DNA from: Macrostomum lignano
Taxonomy: Eukaryota
Direction: 5' to 3'
Length of the DNA stretch: 64,000 nt
NCBI GenBank assembly: GCA_002269645.1
Contig: NIVC01002201.1
Span: 270,429-334,428 of the forward strand
Below are positions 10,773 to 22,845 of the stretch, one piece after another (positions within the stretch are counted from its first letter, which is position 1; every line of letters starts with the position of its first letter). The notes beneath the pieces are model-generated. The model saw nothing but the letters and a program-made list of their open reading frames with translations. It was not told the DNA's origin and ran no database searches. The position numbers and the translations under genes are program-made.

Positions 10773-11579
10773 CTGCAGAAGTTGCATGTTGGTAAACGAC
10801 AGATTTCCGCTTCAAATTAAAATAATGTAAATTTCTGCTTTATTAAACGGTATACAAAACATATCGGCGAAAAAGCACTTTTTCCATGTTTCATTACCTA
10901 TGAAGAGATTTTTGAGAAAATAAAAGGTTTACTGAATTCCAGATTAAAAATAAACAACATTTCGTCTGTTGATTTTGTTTTTAACCAATTTATTAAATCG
11001 AAAGTATGTATGATCGTCTAATGCCTTGTGCAATAATTACCTTTATAAAGTTGTTTTTCGATACATATCGGATGAAAAGTTTCATTGCACTTTTTCGTGA
11101 ATTCTCTTAAAACGTTTATTGATTGGAGCAAAAAATTTAAAGACAGCAGATGTCGGGTCAATTTAAATCGGATCAATTTATTTTCAGTTTCAAAAGCATT
11201 TTTTCGCGAAACGACTGCAACAAACAATTGATTCACTAAATAAATTGCTAACACCCAGTACTGATAGCCACAATATTCATTATTTCCGAATCACGATGCG
11301 GCTGTCTGCCGTCTGCTCTTTGATTTATGATAGCTATTGCGGGAATTGAAAGTATTGTATGCTTATAGAATCCGTATTAACTCTTTTATTGCGTGATTAA
11401 TGTAAAAAGTGCATTGAGCTTGTAAATAATATAACCTAATATGATAAAACTTCGCTGTGAAGCAAACATCGTCTATGCAATTTTGTATGCATGCAGGCGC
11501 GTAATCAATTAGCTGCAATGGTTTTCCAAAGGGTCTTTTATTCGGTTGCTTGTTGTAGTTTTCCCCTGTTGCTCTTTTC

Positions 11580-12010
11580 GCTAGTATTGGGGGAGTTAGT
11601 TTAGTTGCTATGGAGCTAGTCCTGTTGCTAGGGCAGCTAATAAGTTTCTAGGGGAGCTAGTCATGTTGCCAGGGAGCTAGTCTTGTTGCTAGGACGCTAG
11701 TACTGTTGCTAGGGCAACTATTTTTGTTGCTAGGGAGCTAGTACTGTTGCTAGGGCAACTATTTTTGTTGCTAGGGCGCTAGTCCTGTGGCTAGGGCAGC
11801 TAATATAGTTTCTAGGGGAGCTAGTCTTGTAGCTAGGGCGCTAGTCTTGTTGCTAGGGAGCTAGTCCTGTTGCTAGGGAAGCCAATTATGTTGCTCTGGT
11901 AGCTAGTACTGTTGCTAGGGCAGCTTAGTCATGTTGCTAGGGGAGCCACTTATGTTGCTAGGGGAGCCAATCATGTTGCTAGGGCAGCTAATATTGTAGT
12001 CAGGGTAGCC
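11580..12010. repeat. Degenerate minisatellite, about 20-22-bp unit (TGTTGCTAGGGAGCTAGTC)
   Basis: Diverged tandem copies in Caskin intron 8. Confidence 0.85.
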
Positions 12011-12845
12011 AATATTGTTGTCTAAGTACAAAAATATTGTATCTTAAGTCATTACCAAAATAAAATATGTGCCAGTCAGTATCTTAGTTATGTTTGGTGG
12101 CATTTTACCACACGTGGCATTCCAAAGTACTTTTCAGCGGCTTCAATGTAAAAAAGTCTATTTTCAGGAGAAAGGAATTACTTTGTAACTACAGAAAGTG
12201 CACGAATTAGGTTGTATCCAGGAATAGCGGCATGTAATGCAAAGAAGCCTCCATGACACACGCGGATCGAAGCTGTAAAAAATATCATAACCACAGCGAC
12301 CTCGGCGCCCTAAAAGTCTGAACGACGATATAAGTCTTAACGACCAAAACTATTTTGGGCTACGGTTTGGTCGTTTTATGATCTTGCGTTTTGCGAGTCA
12401 TGGCATGAAGCACAAGTACAAATACTGAGCGTATTGAGTAATAAATACAATTTCGAAAGGCAGAAAGTTAAGCCACGAGTAATTAAATTTGTTAGATATC
12501 AATCTATCTACGAGTATCTCGTTATGCATGCATGTGTCCATTCAGAGCTTGTTTATTAAAACAAAAAAATTATGTAGCCATTCACGAAAGGCAATTAGAG
12601 TGTTTGTTATTCTATATACGAACCAACATCATATAAACTACGCAGAGTTTATGTACGAGCGTATTTTTAAAGATTTGTTTAACTGCGCCTACTCGGTATA
12701 AAAGTTCGATTTCTCAGAAATATTCATCAACCTATAAAAATACATTTCCCCTAATTAAATCTGACTATTGATTTAGGTATTTTGTTAAATTTTGTAAAAC
12801 TGCCATCAGCCATTAAAAATTTAGAATTCGATTGAAGTTACTCAC

Positions 12846-12948
12846 CCGACAGCATCTGATTGAGCTCCCTAGCGTGCGGCGTGTCTCTCGTTATCAAATC
12901 TTTTGCAGTCTGCCCGTTGCTGTTCTGCAGTGTCGGATCAATGCCTCG
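12846..12948 (-). CDS. Caskin: Caskin exon 8 (last ankyrin segment)
   Basis: Not in the ORF track. GAATTGCAG|CGA; RGIDPTLQNSNGQTAKDLITRDTPHARELNQMLS; donor TCGG|GTGAGT; 103 nt, phase 0/1. Confidence 0.9.
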
Positions 12949-13708
12949 CTGCAATTCGAAAACAGGAAAGGATTATAACAAAATCGATCGAGCTGAGAAA
13001 AGCAGAACGAGAGAGCGTGTGTGTGAAGCGTCCCTCGGATCAATACTATAGTTGGCGACATCTCGGCCGAAAAACTTTTTTTGGACATTTGCCAAGAATT
13101 AAATACTCAATCATGGTAAAGTTACAATGGACAGGCTGAATTCTACAAGATTACAATATTGCTGGACCACCCAAATTCTACATGGAATCCAAATCAGGAT
13201 AGAAATGGTTTAATTATGATGTTGCTACCAAACCCATCGGTTTTTGCACTAACTTATTGCCCACAGGCCTGAATTCGCCTCATAAATTAGTTCTTAGTTG
13301 CAAGCCGGAATCGAGGCCATATTGCCTGCACAACACAAAATATGCAGCCGGCGCGTCCTGCCTTTCTCTCTTGATCTTGTTCCGGTATTTTAGCCGCGCG
13401 CTATCGAAAAGAAGATAAACAAATTCTCTGATAGTTGAGAGTCTTCGCCTGTAGGGGGGATCGTAAAAGGCTTTAAAGAACCAGAATTCCCTATATGGCT
13501 ATCTATAGATATACAAAACTGGAATGCAACTTTGTTCTGGTTGTATAGCATATGCCCAATAGTTTTGCGAAAACTGATCAAGGATGCACTGAAGCTATTC
13601 ATTAGGTTCGGTACATGTACATGTACACTTGATGAGAGATAAAGAGCCTGCTTAAGCAACCTCTCTCCAGCTCAACCTGCTTTGACTGCTCCACAAATCG
13701 AAACTCAC

Positions 13709-14236
13709 TGGCAACGAGTCGCTGCCGTAGCAGCTCAAACTCAAACTATTCGATCGCGGCGGTCTATAAGGCAAAACAATGGCCGGGCCCCCGGCCGCAG
13801 GCATGAATACACTGCCATTGCTGCCACCGACTGAGTTTCCCAAACTGCCGATGCTACTGCCGCTACTGTGTGACTGTCGACCAGCTACAAATGCTGGGAC
13901 GCCTTGAGCAGCTCGTTCGGCTGCTGTGCGAAGTCGGAGCTTGACAGTGTCCAAGCGTAACGGGCCCAACGGAGGGGGAATCTCAAAAGGCAACGGAGCT
14001 AATTGTTGTTGCTGTTGTTGTTGTTGTTGCTGCTGCTGCTGCTGCTGCAATCGAAACAATGTCGGAGACGCTGGAGGCTGAGTTGTCAACGGTCGTCGAT
14101 GCGGCGGAGGCGGTGGTGGTGACGGCTGCGTCTGTCGACTACCAGTCGTCGATTTGGACGCCGATTTGTCCAGAAACTCGGCCGGTGGAGGTGGAAGCGC
14201 TTCCGAATTCACTGAGTAAACTTTGCTGCCCAGCAT
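13709..14236 (-). CDS. Caskin: Candidate alternative first (or cassette) exon of Caskin, Pro/Gln/Ser-rich, 176 codons
   Basis: ATG at 14236; composition like exons 1 and 12 (poly-Pro, poly-Gln); perfect donor CCA|GTGAGT at 13709/13708 in phase 0, matching the exon 8 acceptor phase. Confidence 0.65.
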
Positions 14237-16339
14237 TTCAGTGTTAAAGTGGCTTTGCTATGACTCGCTATTCAATTAGGCTTGGCTTCGTAGCATGATA
14301 GCGCAAGTCTTTCCAGCGTTTAAGGAAAGGTGAAGTATCTTTAAACGGAACGCCAAAGTCTGTGACAACCAACAGTAGCCTGTTTGTGTGCAGTTTTTAG
14401 GAATTAATTCTAAACAAGCTGTTTGTATCGCTTGAGCTTTACGGTTTTTAAATCTCAGAGTTGCGTCGGAAAATAAGCATATATTTTAGGGCAAGAGTGG
14501 GGGACAGGGCAGGTTTTCGAAATTTCGCATTGTTCAGCTCTCTGCTCTCATCTAACGACGAGACAACTACCATGAGTTGGGCTTGTGCAAGTTCGCCAGC
14601 AATGTACACGCTAGGGCCCAGAGAGAGAGAGAGAGAGAGAGAGAACTTAAGGCGAGAGAGGCGAGAGAGCGAAGCCGAGATGAAAAGCAATTTGCGCTCA
14701 ACCACGCAGTTGCTCATGGGTATATGAGATATAAACCTGTCCCTTGGTGCTCTGTAGATGTCTGCTAGCTAGCCAGGTCGCATCTGAACAGGTATCTTTC
14801 TTCGAATTATATTCGAGCTCAGCTAGGTGCGTTTACATCAACTGTTTAGGGTCTCTCTAAACTCTTCGAAAAATAGTGCTCACAATTAAATGATAGCTTT
14901 CTCCAGTCTGCGAGCAGCATCTATACTCGTGCATCCACTTTAACCGCACACCGTGCTTAAGTCCCCAGCATCTTCTTTGAGATTTTTATCTCAGACCCAA
15001 AAGCTGAAAAAGTACCCATATACGGGCACAATGGAGATGCAGGGTAAAGATAAGGGCCCACCCTTTTATTGCAATAATTGTTGCATGCAATTAACCACTT
15101 AGATTTTTTAGTAGGGCGTGCTATTTTAATAATTTCAAATTGTTGGCAAGTGTAAATTTTTTTTAAAAACTGAATCAAGTTTTGGCCTGTCAGTCACGCC
15201 TTCTGCACGCTGTTCCTGATCAAACACAGCTGGCTTAGAAAACTATAAAATTGGAGTCTACTCAAGTATGGTACCTATACAACTTTCCCTTCTACAACTC
15301 GTATATAAGCTTTAGCCGCGAATAGAGATACTCGTTGATCAGAATGAGTCCGAAATCCACGATGACTCATCGACGTCATGTTTCCCCTGCAGCAGCTACG
15401 AGCCCTTGCGCCTGACCATTGACTATAGCAAGCGTTTCTTTTCCCATTCCTTATCTTCTCTCTTCCCTCTTCCATTCCATATTACTGGTCGACTTGTTCG
15501 CCAACAGAAATTCAATTTGCTCCCTTGTGCATCATGGATACACGCAGGGAGGGGAGAGTTCGACCCCGTCTACTCATGGTCAGAGAGTCGAAATGGTCGA
15601 ATCTGTTTTATTAGTTGAGTTGTCGATGAACGGACTCTGGATGACTCATGCGTGCTGCGCCCTATAGAGATGAAGTTTTACAGCTCAGCGGTCGGCAAAG
15701 TCCGAACGAAGCCTCTCTATCCGGCCCTCGATCGGGTCCTTTGAAAATTCACAGTAGCAATCCGAAAATGTCTCGTCTCAACTCTACTCTCTATATCCTC
15801 TTCCTCTATCTTCTATTTCCTCTCCTTCCTCTATCATCTTGTCTGCAGCCGTGAGAAGTAGAATAGATTAAATCCAGCCCCTGGTTTACACAGACAAATT
15901 TCGAGGAGTATACACATGTCGATCACTTTTGAATCTTCGCCAAGATTTTGGTAATTCGAAAATAATATTTTGTAGCAAGATTACTGAGATTTCTGAGGTC
16001 GTGCTTCTCCTTGGAGGCATTTCTCCTTGAAGAATACTTTCTTTTGAAGCTTTAGCCTTGAACAGAATGAATCATCTTTGTTTTACTGCGCTGTTTCGGC
16101 TCTGTCTTGCTACACGGGTGACTTTAATTTCTAAATTAAACGAAATTAACGTCTGTTAAAGCGAATTTTAAATAATTAGCCCGCATCAAAATAACAAATT
16201 TAGATTAGCTAGTGAGAACTGCGCAAAACATAAGATAGACACTTAATCAGATTATGAACATGTTCTATCCAGTAAATTTTTTATTAGAAGCAGGGGGCTG
16301 TGTGCACCCTGGCGCACTTTAAGCAACATTGTCACACAA

Positions 16340-16540
16340 GCGCGCAGGCACACTCACACAGGAGTGTACAGCGACCCTAACTTTATTTATCTTTAGGCAT
16401 TTACACTTCACTGTGGCCCTCAAGGCGGCCGTTAATTAGATATCCCAAATTAGCCCCAAATTAATGTGACTGCACTTGGAATCGAGCCTGGGCCGCTGGA
16501 ACATCAGAGAGCCGCGCCAGACCGCTGGGCTACGGCCCCC
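16340..16540 (-). mobile_element. tRNA-derived SINE family A, copy 1
   Basis: Minus strand starts GGGGGCCGTAGCCCAGCGG (A box) ... GGCTCGATTCC (B box); body shared with 34597-34835, 37465-37667 and 38453-38655. Confidence 0.8.
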
Positions 16541-16646
16541 TATCCCATGCATGCATCTTATCTCATTTTCAGAGAGTGCACATTGTGGCCCCAAAACAAG
16601 AGAGCATCAAGTCTTTAAGCTCCGAATCGTTGCAGCTCAAGCTCAC

Positions 16647-16758
16647 CTCAAGCAGCAGTCGAGCAGCATCTAGATGACCATGTGCCACAGCCAGGTGCAG
16701 ACAGGTGCCCTGAGCAGTCAGACGGTTCACATTAACACCGGATTGATTCAGTAGCAGT
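16647..16758 (-). CDS. Caskin: Caskin exon 7 (ankyrin repeat)
   Basis: AATTTTCAG|A; LLLNQSGVNVNRLTAQGTCLHLAVAHGHLDAARLLLE; donor GAG|GTGAGC; 112 nt, phase 2/0. Confidence 0.93.
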
Positions 16759-17679
16759 CTGAAAATTTGGTAAAACAACAAACTTTAGACGAATCGATTC
16801 TCAATCAAGTGCTCAGAGAAAGTCAATTTGTGAATTTTGGAATTCGAAAAGTCTAGTTTTAACAGAGAAAGATACGATATTATAAAACTTTTGCATCCTA
16901 TGTTAATTATCCACTATACTACTTCGTATATAGATTTTACCAAGCTAGCCAGTAGCTCCGCAAACGAAAATCCTAAATATTTGAGTTGACCATAAAACAC
17001 TGACCCAGAATGCATATAGATAAGACTGCGAGAGGTGGGGGTTCAGGAAACTACTCCAAGCGAGAGGTCAAGGATGCCCTCTGTTTCCTATATTTCCTAT
17101 ATATATATACGATATCTAAAGACCATACTGGAGGAACCTCTGCAACTGAGGGGTCACGTCCTTAAAATGTACGACGATAAGAGGTGCTGCGTGTAGGCAT
17201 GGGCAATTATATCACTCGGCCATGCGGTAGTTAACATGTATAGAAGCAGTGCCAATACTGTTCAGAGGATAATGGATAGCGCTATAGAAATTCTCTCACA
17301 ACAAAACGTTGATAAACCAGAGGTTTGACTCTTTTTACAGCTCTGTTTCTATGAATTGATGATATCCAGCTAGTTGAAGATAAAAGCAAGGCTTTTTTGG
17401 GAGATTAAAAAAAAATTGAAAGCACTTTGTTCTTCCTAAAGTGGCACTTGGGAATTGGGATTAGTAGGAGTCATCGAGTTACAAAAAAACAGTTAAAATA
17501 TATATTTTAACTATAGTTGAAAATCTATATTTCAAAATTGCCTGCTTTAGCAAGATTAATCCAGTGATAAAAAGAAATGGGAGGAAAGATATAGATAGGG
17601 AGCTAGAGGATTAGGTGAAGTAGGCTGAAAAGGAGGCGGCGAGGTAGAGAGTGGGGTGGTAGAGATTTACAGAGAGAGA

Positions 17680-18700
17680 GATAAAGAGGGGGGGTAGAGA
17701 AGGAGGCAGACAGGGAAGTAGAGGGAGAGAGGTAGGCAGAGAGGCAGACAGGAAAGTAGAGGGAGAGAGGTAGAGAGGGAGGCAGACAGGAAAGTAGAGG
17801 GAGAGAGGTAGAGAGGGAGGCAGACAGGGAAGTAGAGGGAGAGAGGTAGAGAGGGAGGCAGAGGGGGAAGTAGAGGGAGAGAGGTAGAGAAGGAGGCAGA
17901 CAGGGAAGTAGAGGGAGAGAGGTAGAGAGGGAGGCAGACAGGGAAGTAGAGGGAGAGAGGTAGAGAGGGAGGCAGACAGGGAAGTAGAGGGAGAGAGGTA
18001 GAGAGGGAGGCAGACAGGGAAGTAGAGGGAGAGAGGTAGAGAGGGAGGCAGACAGGGAAGTAGAGGGAGAGAGGTAGAGAGGGAGGCAGACAGGGAAGTA
18101 GAGGGAGAGAGGTAGAGAGGGAGGCAGACAGGGAAGTAGAGGGAGAGAGGTAGAGAGGGAGGCAGACAGGAAAGTAGAGGGAGAGAGGTAGAGAGGGAGG
18201 CAGACAGGGAAGTAGAGGGAGAGAGGTAGAGAGGGAGGCAGACAGGGAAGTAGAGGGAGAGATGTAGAGAGGGAGGCAGACAGGAAAGTAGAGGGAGAGA
18301 GGTAGAGAGGGAGGCAGACAGGGAAGTAGAGGGAGAGAGGTAGAGAGGGAGGCAGACAGGGAAGTAGAGGGAGAGAGGTAGAGAGGGAGGCAGACAGGGA
18401 AGTAGAGGGAGAGAGGTAGAGAGGGAGGCAGACAGGGAAGTAGAGGGAGAGAGGTAGGCAGAGAGGCAGACAGGGAAGTAGTGGGAGAGAGGTAGAGAGG
18501 GAGGCAGACAGGGAAGTAGAGGGAGAGAGGTAGGCAGAGAGGCAGACAGGGAAGTAGTGGGAGAGAGGTAGAGAGGGAGGCAGACAGGGAAGTAGAGGGA
18601 GAGAGGTAGAGAGGGAGGCAGACAGGGAGGTAGAGGGAGAGAGGTAGAGAGGGAGGCAGACAGGGAAGTAGAGGCAGAGAGGTAGAGAGGGAGGCGGTAG
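17680..18700. repeat. Purine-rich minisatellite, 38-bp unit (GAGGGAGAGAGGTAGAGAGGGAGGCAGACAGGGAAGTA)
   Basis: About 27 near-identical copies in Caskin intron 6. Confidence 0.97.
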
Positions 18701-18754
18701 AGGCACAGGGGCACAGGGGAGCAGTGCTGTCAGTCTCCCAGATCAGTGCCTCAC

Positions 18755-18921
18755 CGCAGCACATCCGTGTGGCCATTCCTTGCCGTCAAGTGCAGACAAG
18801 ACGGCAGATTCTGCTGCTGCCGCTTTGTGCCCTCTTTTGCGTCGTCGGCGGCAGTAAAGAAGTGGCAATCTTCGTACAGCAGACCGGTAACCGACTTCAT
18901 GGACACGAGCAGCTGGGCGAT
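18755..18921 (-). CDS. Caskin: Caskin exon 6 (ankyrin repeat)
   Basis: CCAACACAG|ATC; IAQLLVSMKSV...LPSCLHLTARNGHTDVLR; donor CG|GTGAGG; 167 nt, phase 0/2. Confidence 0.9.
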
Positions 18922-19289
18922 CTGTGTTGGTTCGAGAAAAAAACAAGGGCACTTTGCTACTAAAGTTACGAATTTCCGTATAGAAACCACACATGGGGTT
19001 GGAAAAACCAGAGGACCCACTGCGGCAAAGACAGGAAGTTCTCATCTGAATCTACTCAGTGCATGCAGCGGAGCAGGTTATAATTCGAATTTTATAGCTC
19101 CTTCGCTTTCTTTATGCGGAAGGTGAGGCCTGGATAGTAAAGCTTTATGCTGCGTAGAAAGAAACGTAAACGTAATTTCTCTTGGCTTGAAAATCTGAAA
19201 ATAATTTTACTATTAAATATGAAAGATCTATAAAGCTAAAATACGAAATTAAGACATTTAAAACGTATAAGATCTAGACGCGTTCACAG

Positions 19290-20460
19290 GACACTGAGGC
19301 ACTTACAGAGGACTTACAGGATACTGAGACACCCACAGAGGATTTACAGGACAGTGAGACACATACAGAGGACTTACAGGACACTGAGACACCCACAAAG
19401 GACTTACGGGACACCAAGACACCTACAGAGGACTTACAGGACACTAAGACACCTACAGAGGACTTACAGGACACTAAGACACATACAGAGGACTTACAGG
19501 ACACTAAGACACCTACAGAGGACTTACAGGACACTAAGACACATACAGAGGACTTACAGGACACTAAGACACATACAGAGGACTTACAGGACACTAAGAC
19601 ACATACAGAGGACTTACAGGACACTAAGACACCTACAGAGGACATACAGGACACTAAGACACATACAGAGGACTTACAGGACACTAAGACACATACAGAG
19701 GACTTACAGGACAGTGAGACACCTACAGAGGAATTACAGGACAGTGAGACACCTACAGAGGACTTACAGGACACTAAGACACCTACAGAGGACTTACAGG
19801 ACACTGAGACACATACAGAGGACTTACAGGACACTGAGACACCTACAGAGGACTTACAGGACACTGAGACACCTACAGAGGACTTACAGTACACCAAGAC
19901 ACATACAGAGGACTTACAGGACACTGAGACACCTACAGAGGACTTACAGGACACTAAGACACATACAGAGGACTTACAGGACACTGAGACACCTACAGAG
20001 GACTTACAGGACACTGAGACACCTACAGAGGACTTACAGGACACTGAGACACCTACAGAGGACTTACAGGACACTAAGACACATACAGAGGACTTACAGG
20101 ACACTGAGACACCTACAGAGGACTTACAGTACACCAAGACACATACAGAGGACTTACAGGACACTGAGACACCTACAGAGGACTTACAGGACACTAAGAC
20201 ACATACAGAGGACTTACAGGACACTGAGACACCTACAGAGGACTTACAGGACACTAAGAAGCATACAGAAGACTTACAGGACACTAAGGCACATACAGAG
20301 GACTTACAGGACACTGAGACACACAGGACTTACAGTATACTGAGACACCTACAGAAAACTTACAAGACACTGAGACACATACAGAGGACTTACAGAAGAA
20401 CTTACTGAGACATACAGAAGAAATACACACAGACATCTCAGATGAGTAGACAGAAGACCT
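19290..20460. repeat. Minisatellite, 30-bp unit (GACTTACAGGACACTAAGACACCTACAGAG)
   Basis: About 37 copies in Caskin intron 5, decaying toward 20460. Confidence 0.96.
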
Positions 20461-20550
20461 ACACGACAATGTGACACCAAACAGAAGACTCACGAGACAG
20501 AGTACCTTATAAAAAAGTAAAAGAGGCAAGGAAAGTTAGACAATACTCAC

Positions 20551-20646
20551 CGAAAAATGCCCAAACTCGCAAGCCGCATCAAATGCTGTTCGGCCATCGT
20601 CTGTTCGCAGCATCGGATCGGCATTGTTGCACAATAGTAGCTTCAC
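20551..20646 (-). CDS. Caskin: Caskin exon 5 (ankyrin repeat)
   Basis: Not in the ORF track. CCAACAG|GTG; VKLLLCNNADPMLRTDDGRTAFDAACEFGHFS; donor TCG|GTGAGT; 96 nt. Confidence 0.92.
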
Positions 20647-20856
20647 CTGTTGGTTGTTTGTTGGTTATTAGCTATTGTTACAATCCATGTTGCATACTAT
20701 AATAGTGATAGTCTTTCTGCATTTGGCAATTTACAGAGGAATGTGTACAGGATGTGAAATTCCACCACAGCTTTAACTCCCATCTTAGGTATTTAAAGCA
20801 AAGATCATATCGACAACATCAAAGGGGGTCTGCGGTGTGATCAATAATTCTCTTAC

Positions 20857-21002
20857 CACATCGTAGTGTCCACCTTGGCAAGCGAGATGCAGCGGAGTCT
20901 GGCCGCCAGCGGCCACCGCGTTGATGGAGCTGTTCCATTTCAGCAGTAGGTGTACGGAGTCAAAATGACCCTGATAACTAGCCACGTGAAGTGGAGTCAG
21001 GC
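20857..21002 (-). CDS. Caskin: Caskin exon 4 (ankyrin repeats)
   Basis: ATCGGCAG|GC; GLTPLHVASYQGHFDSVHLLLKWNSSINAVAAGGQTPLHLACQGGHYDV; donor GTG|GTAAGA; 146 nt. Confidence 0.93.
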
Positions 21003-21067
21003 CTGCCGATTTACAATGCAGTTATTAATTATTGAATTGATTAGTAAGCAATAATTTACATTCCGCT

Positions 21068-21289
21068 GACAGCTCAGCCGCAGCTATTGCGCGGCGCATC
21101 TGAAGGCTGCGTACGGCTGTTCAGTCCAAGGACTGGGAGTTACCACACACACCCTCAATTACCCCAGCTAATGCTGGCACCCATTTTACAGCTGGGTGAA
21201 CTGAAGCAATGCAGAGTTAAGTGTCTTGCTCAAGGACACAAATTGTTCCGAATGGGTACGGTGCTCCAAGTTCTAACCACTAGGCCACA
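21068..21289 (-). mobile_element. tRNA-derived SINE family B (CORE-like), copy 1
   Basis: Closely similar to 43793-43982 and 45948-46204; tRNA-like head partly scrambled. Confidence 0.8.
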
Positions 21290-21457
21290 AAGCCTTCCTT
21301 TGATGAACAGTTTATTTATAGGTTCAATCAGCGAGTCTGAAAATCTACTGGTACATGTTTTCTCGTGTCAATATATATACACTTAGCAACATTGAAAAGT
21401 TTCCACCCTCGCACCAGCCGTGTATTTAGAGTTTCAAAACTGGTTTTTGTCGCCAGA

Positions 21458-21650
21458 CTTGTGCCATAGACGATTGATGATTTCGTCAACACGCACTTGT
21501 GCCATAGACGATTGATGATTTCGTCAACACGCACTTGTGCCATAGACGATTGATGATTTCGTCAACACGCACTTGTGCCATAGACGATTGATGATTTCGT
21601 CAACACGCACTTGTGCCATAGACAATTGATGATTTCGTCAACACGCACTC
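21458..21650. repeat. 38-bp tandem repeat (GTGCCATAGACGATTGATGATTTCGTCAACACGCACTT), about 5 copies
   Basis: Period 38 (21461 to 21499); directly abuts the Tc1 remnant. Confidence 0.93.
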
Positions 21651-21687
21651 GTGTCATTGATGCTTCATGTGGTGGTTTGGGGAACAG

Positions 21688-22030
21688 CGTCCTCCAAGAC
21701 GACAACGCCCCACCGCATTGCGCAGCCGCTGTGGCACATCTGAAGGAGCTGCTGCACCTGCATCTCATCAAGCAGATATCTCATCAGCGTCAGAGAACCT
21801 TGCGCTGGCCGTCCCGATCACCGGACATGAATCCCATAGAGCACGTTTGAGATTACCCGAAGCGCTCGATTCGGCTTGACAATCCGCCGCAAAACGTTGC
21901 CCAACTGCGCGAATCACTGTCTACTGCATGGCAACAACTACCGCAAGATTTTCTGCGACGCCTGGTTCTGGGGATGCCCCGGAGAGTGAGCGCTCTGCTG
22001 CACGCACGTGGCTGCTATACGCGTCACTGA
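21688..22030 (+). pseudogene. Tc1-family transposase C-terminal remnant
   Basis: VLQDDNAPPH...WPSRSPDMNPIEHV*DY...LSTAWQQLPQDFLRRLVLGMPRRVSALLHARGCYTRH*: Tc1 QDNA.PH and WP..SPD.NPIE motifs; conserved Trp is TGA at 21848-21850. Confidence 0.9.
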
Positions 22031-22845
22031 CCCTGTTCTGGGCAAGTTGTCGCCCATGCTCGCGTACTTTGTTTCTTTGCTGTTCCTTTGCTTCGTTCGA
22101 ATCCGGATTATATATTTGTCTATCGCTCAAACCAAACATGTTTCGTCTATGGTAATTTCAGACTGTTCCGCTTAACTTTTCGTTCCAGACGTTTAGTCTA
22201 CGGCCATCATTTGGCTTGCGCCAAGTGGAAAATGCCTATGACACAAATCCCTAGAATCACTCAGTGAACAATTCCCGTCTGGGAAGTTGTGTCCTAGCCG
22301 TTTTGAATTGATTTTTGGACGAAACTAGACACAATTCCACTATCGAGAGTTAACGCCTCACACACAACTGCCATAGCGTCGAGGCCGGTAACCTCTTGAT
22401 AATCATACATTGCAACGAACCTAGCCAAAAGTTCTGCTTATTCTGGATAAGACATTCCGCACTAATTTCATTGAATAACAGCAAACGGTTGGGAAGGTCT
22501 TTCGCTTTACGTAGTTAAATTGTTTCTTTGTCCTATGATTCTCAATCTTCATTGGGCAAAACCTCTAAAAGACAGCATTTTACATGTTACATGTGAAGTT
22601 TTCTTTGTCTCTCTTAAATCTCTTGACTGACTGACAATGTCTTTTGTTGCCGTTGCTGTTGTGAAACCTCTCCAATTGATGTATTCAGCTTAGAGAACAC
22701 AGCACTGTATTTTCACGTATCAATGCGTCTTCGAGAAAATTTATATTAAAAATTCCTTCGATGATGTGGTCCTTCCTGTCTGGCTCTTGTCTTATGTTTT
22801 ACACAAATAATAAAGGTGCTAAAATGTACAGAAACCGGCTCAAAC

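Noticed and set aside
861-13625. Recurrent TACATGTA octamer near the ends of some arrays (861, 949, 8591, 13614)
   Set aside because: Too few occurrences, with inconsistent spacing to the arrays; cannot be separated from background.
16490-16540. SINE heads as tRNA genes (also 37620-37667 and 46130-46204)
   Set aside because: A and B boxes are present, but acceptor and anticodon stems do not pair and each head is followed by a shared SINE body.
20785-20856. Read-through of exon 4 (VRELLITPQTPFDV) as extra ankyrin sequence
   Set aside because: It hits a stop, whereas the GTG|GTAAGA donor joins exon 5 in frame and restores the expected Caskin repeat.
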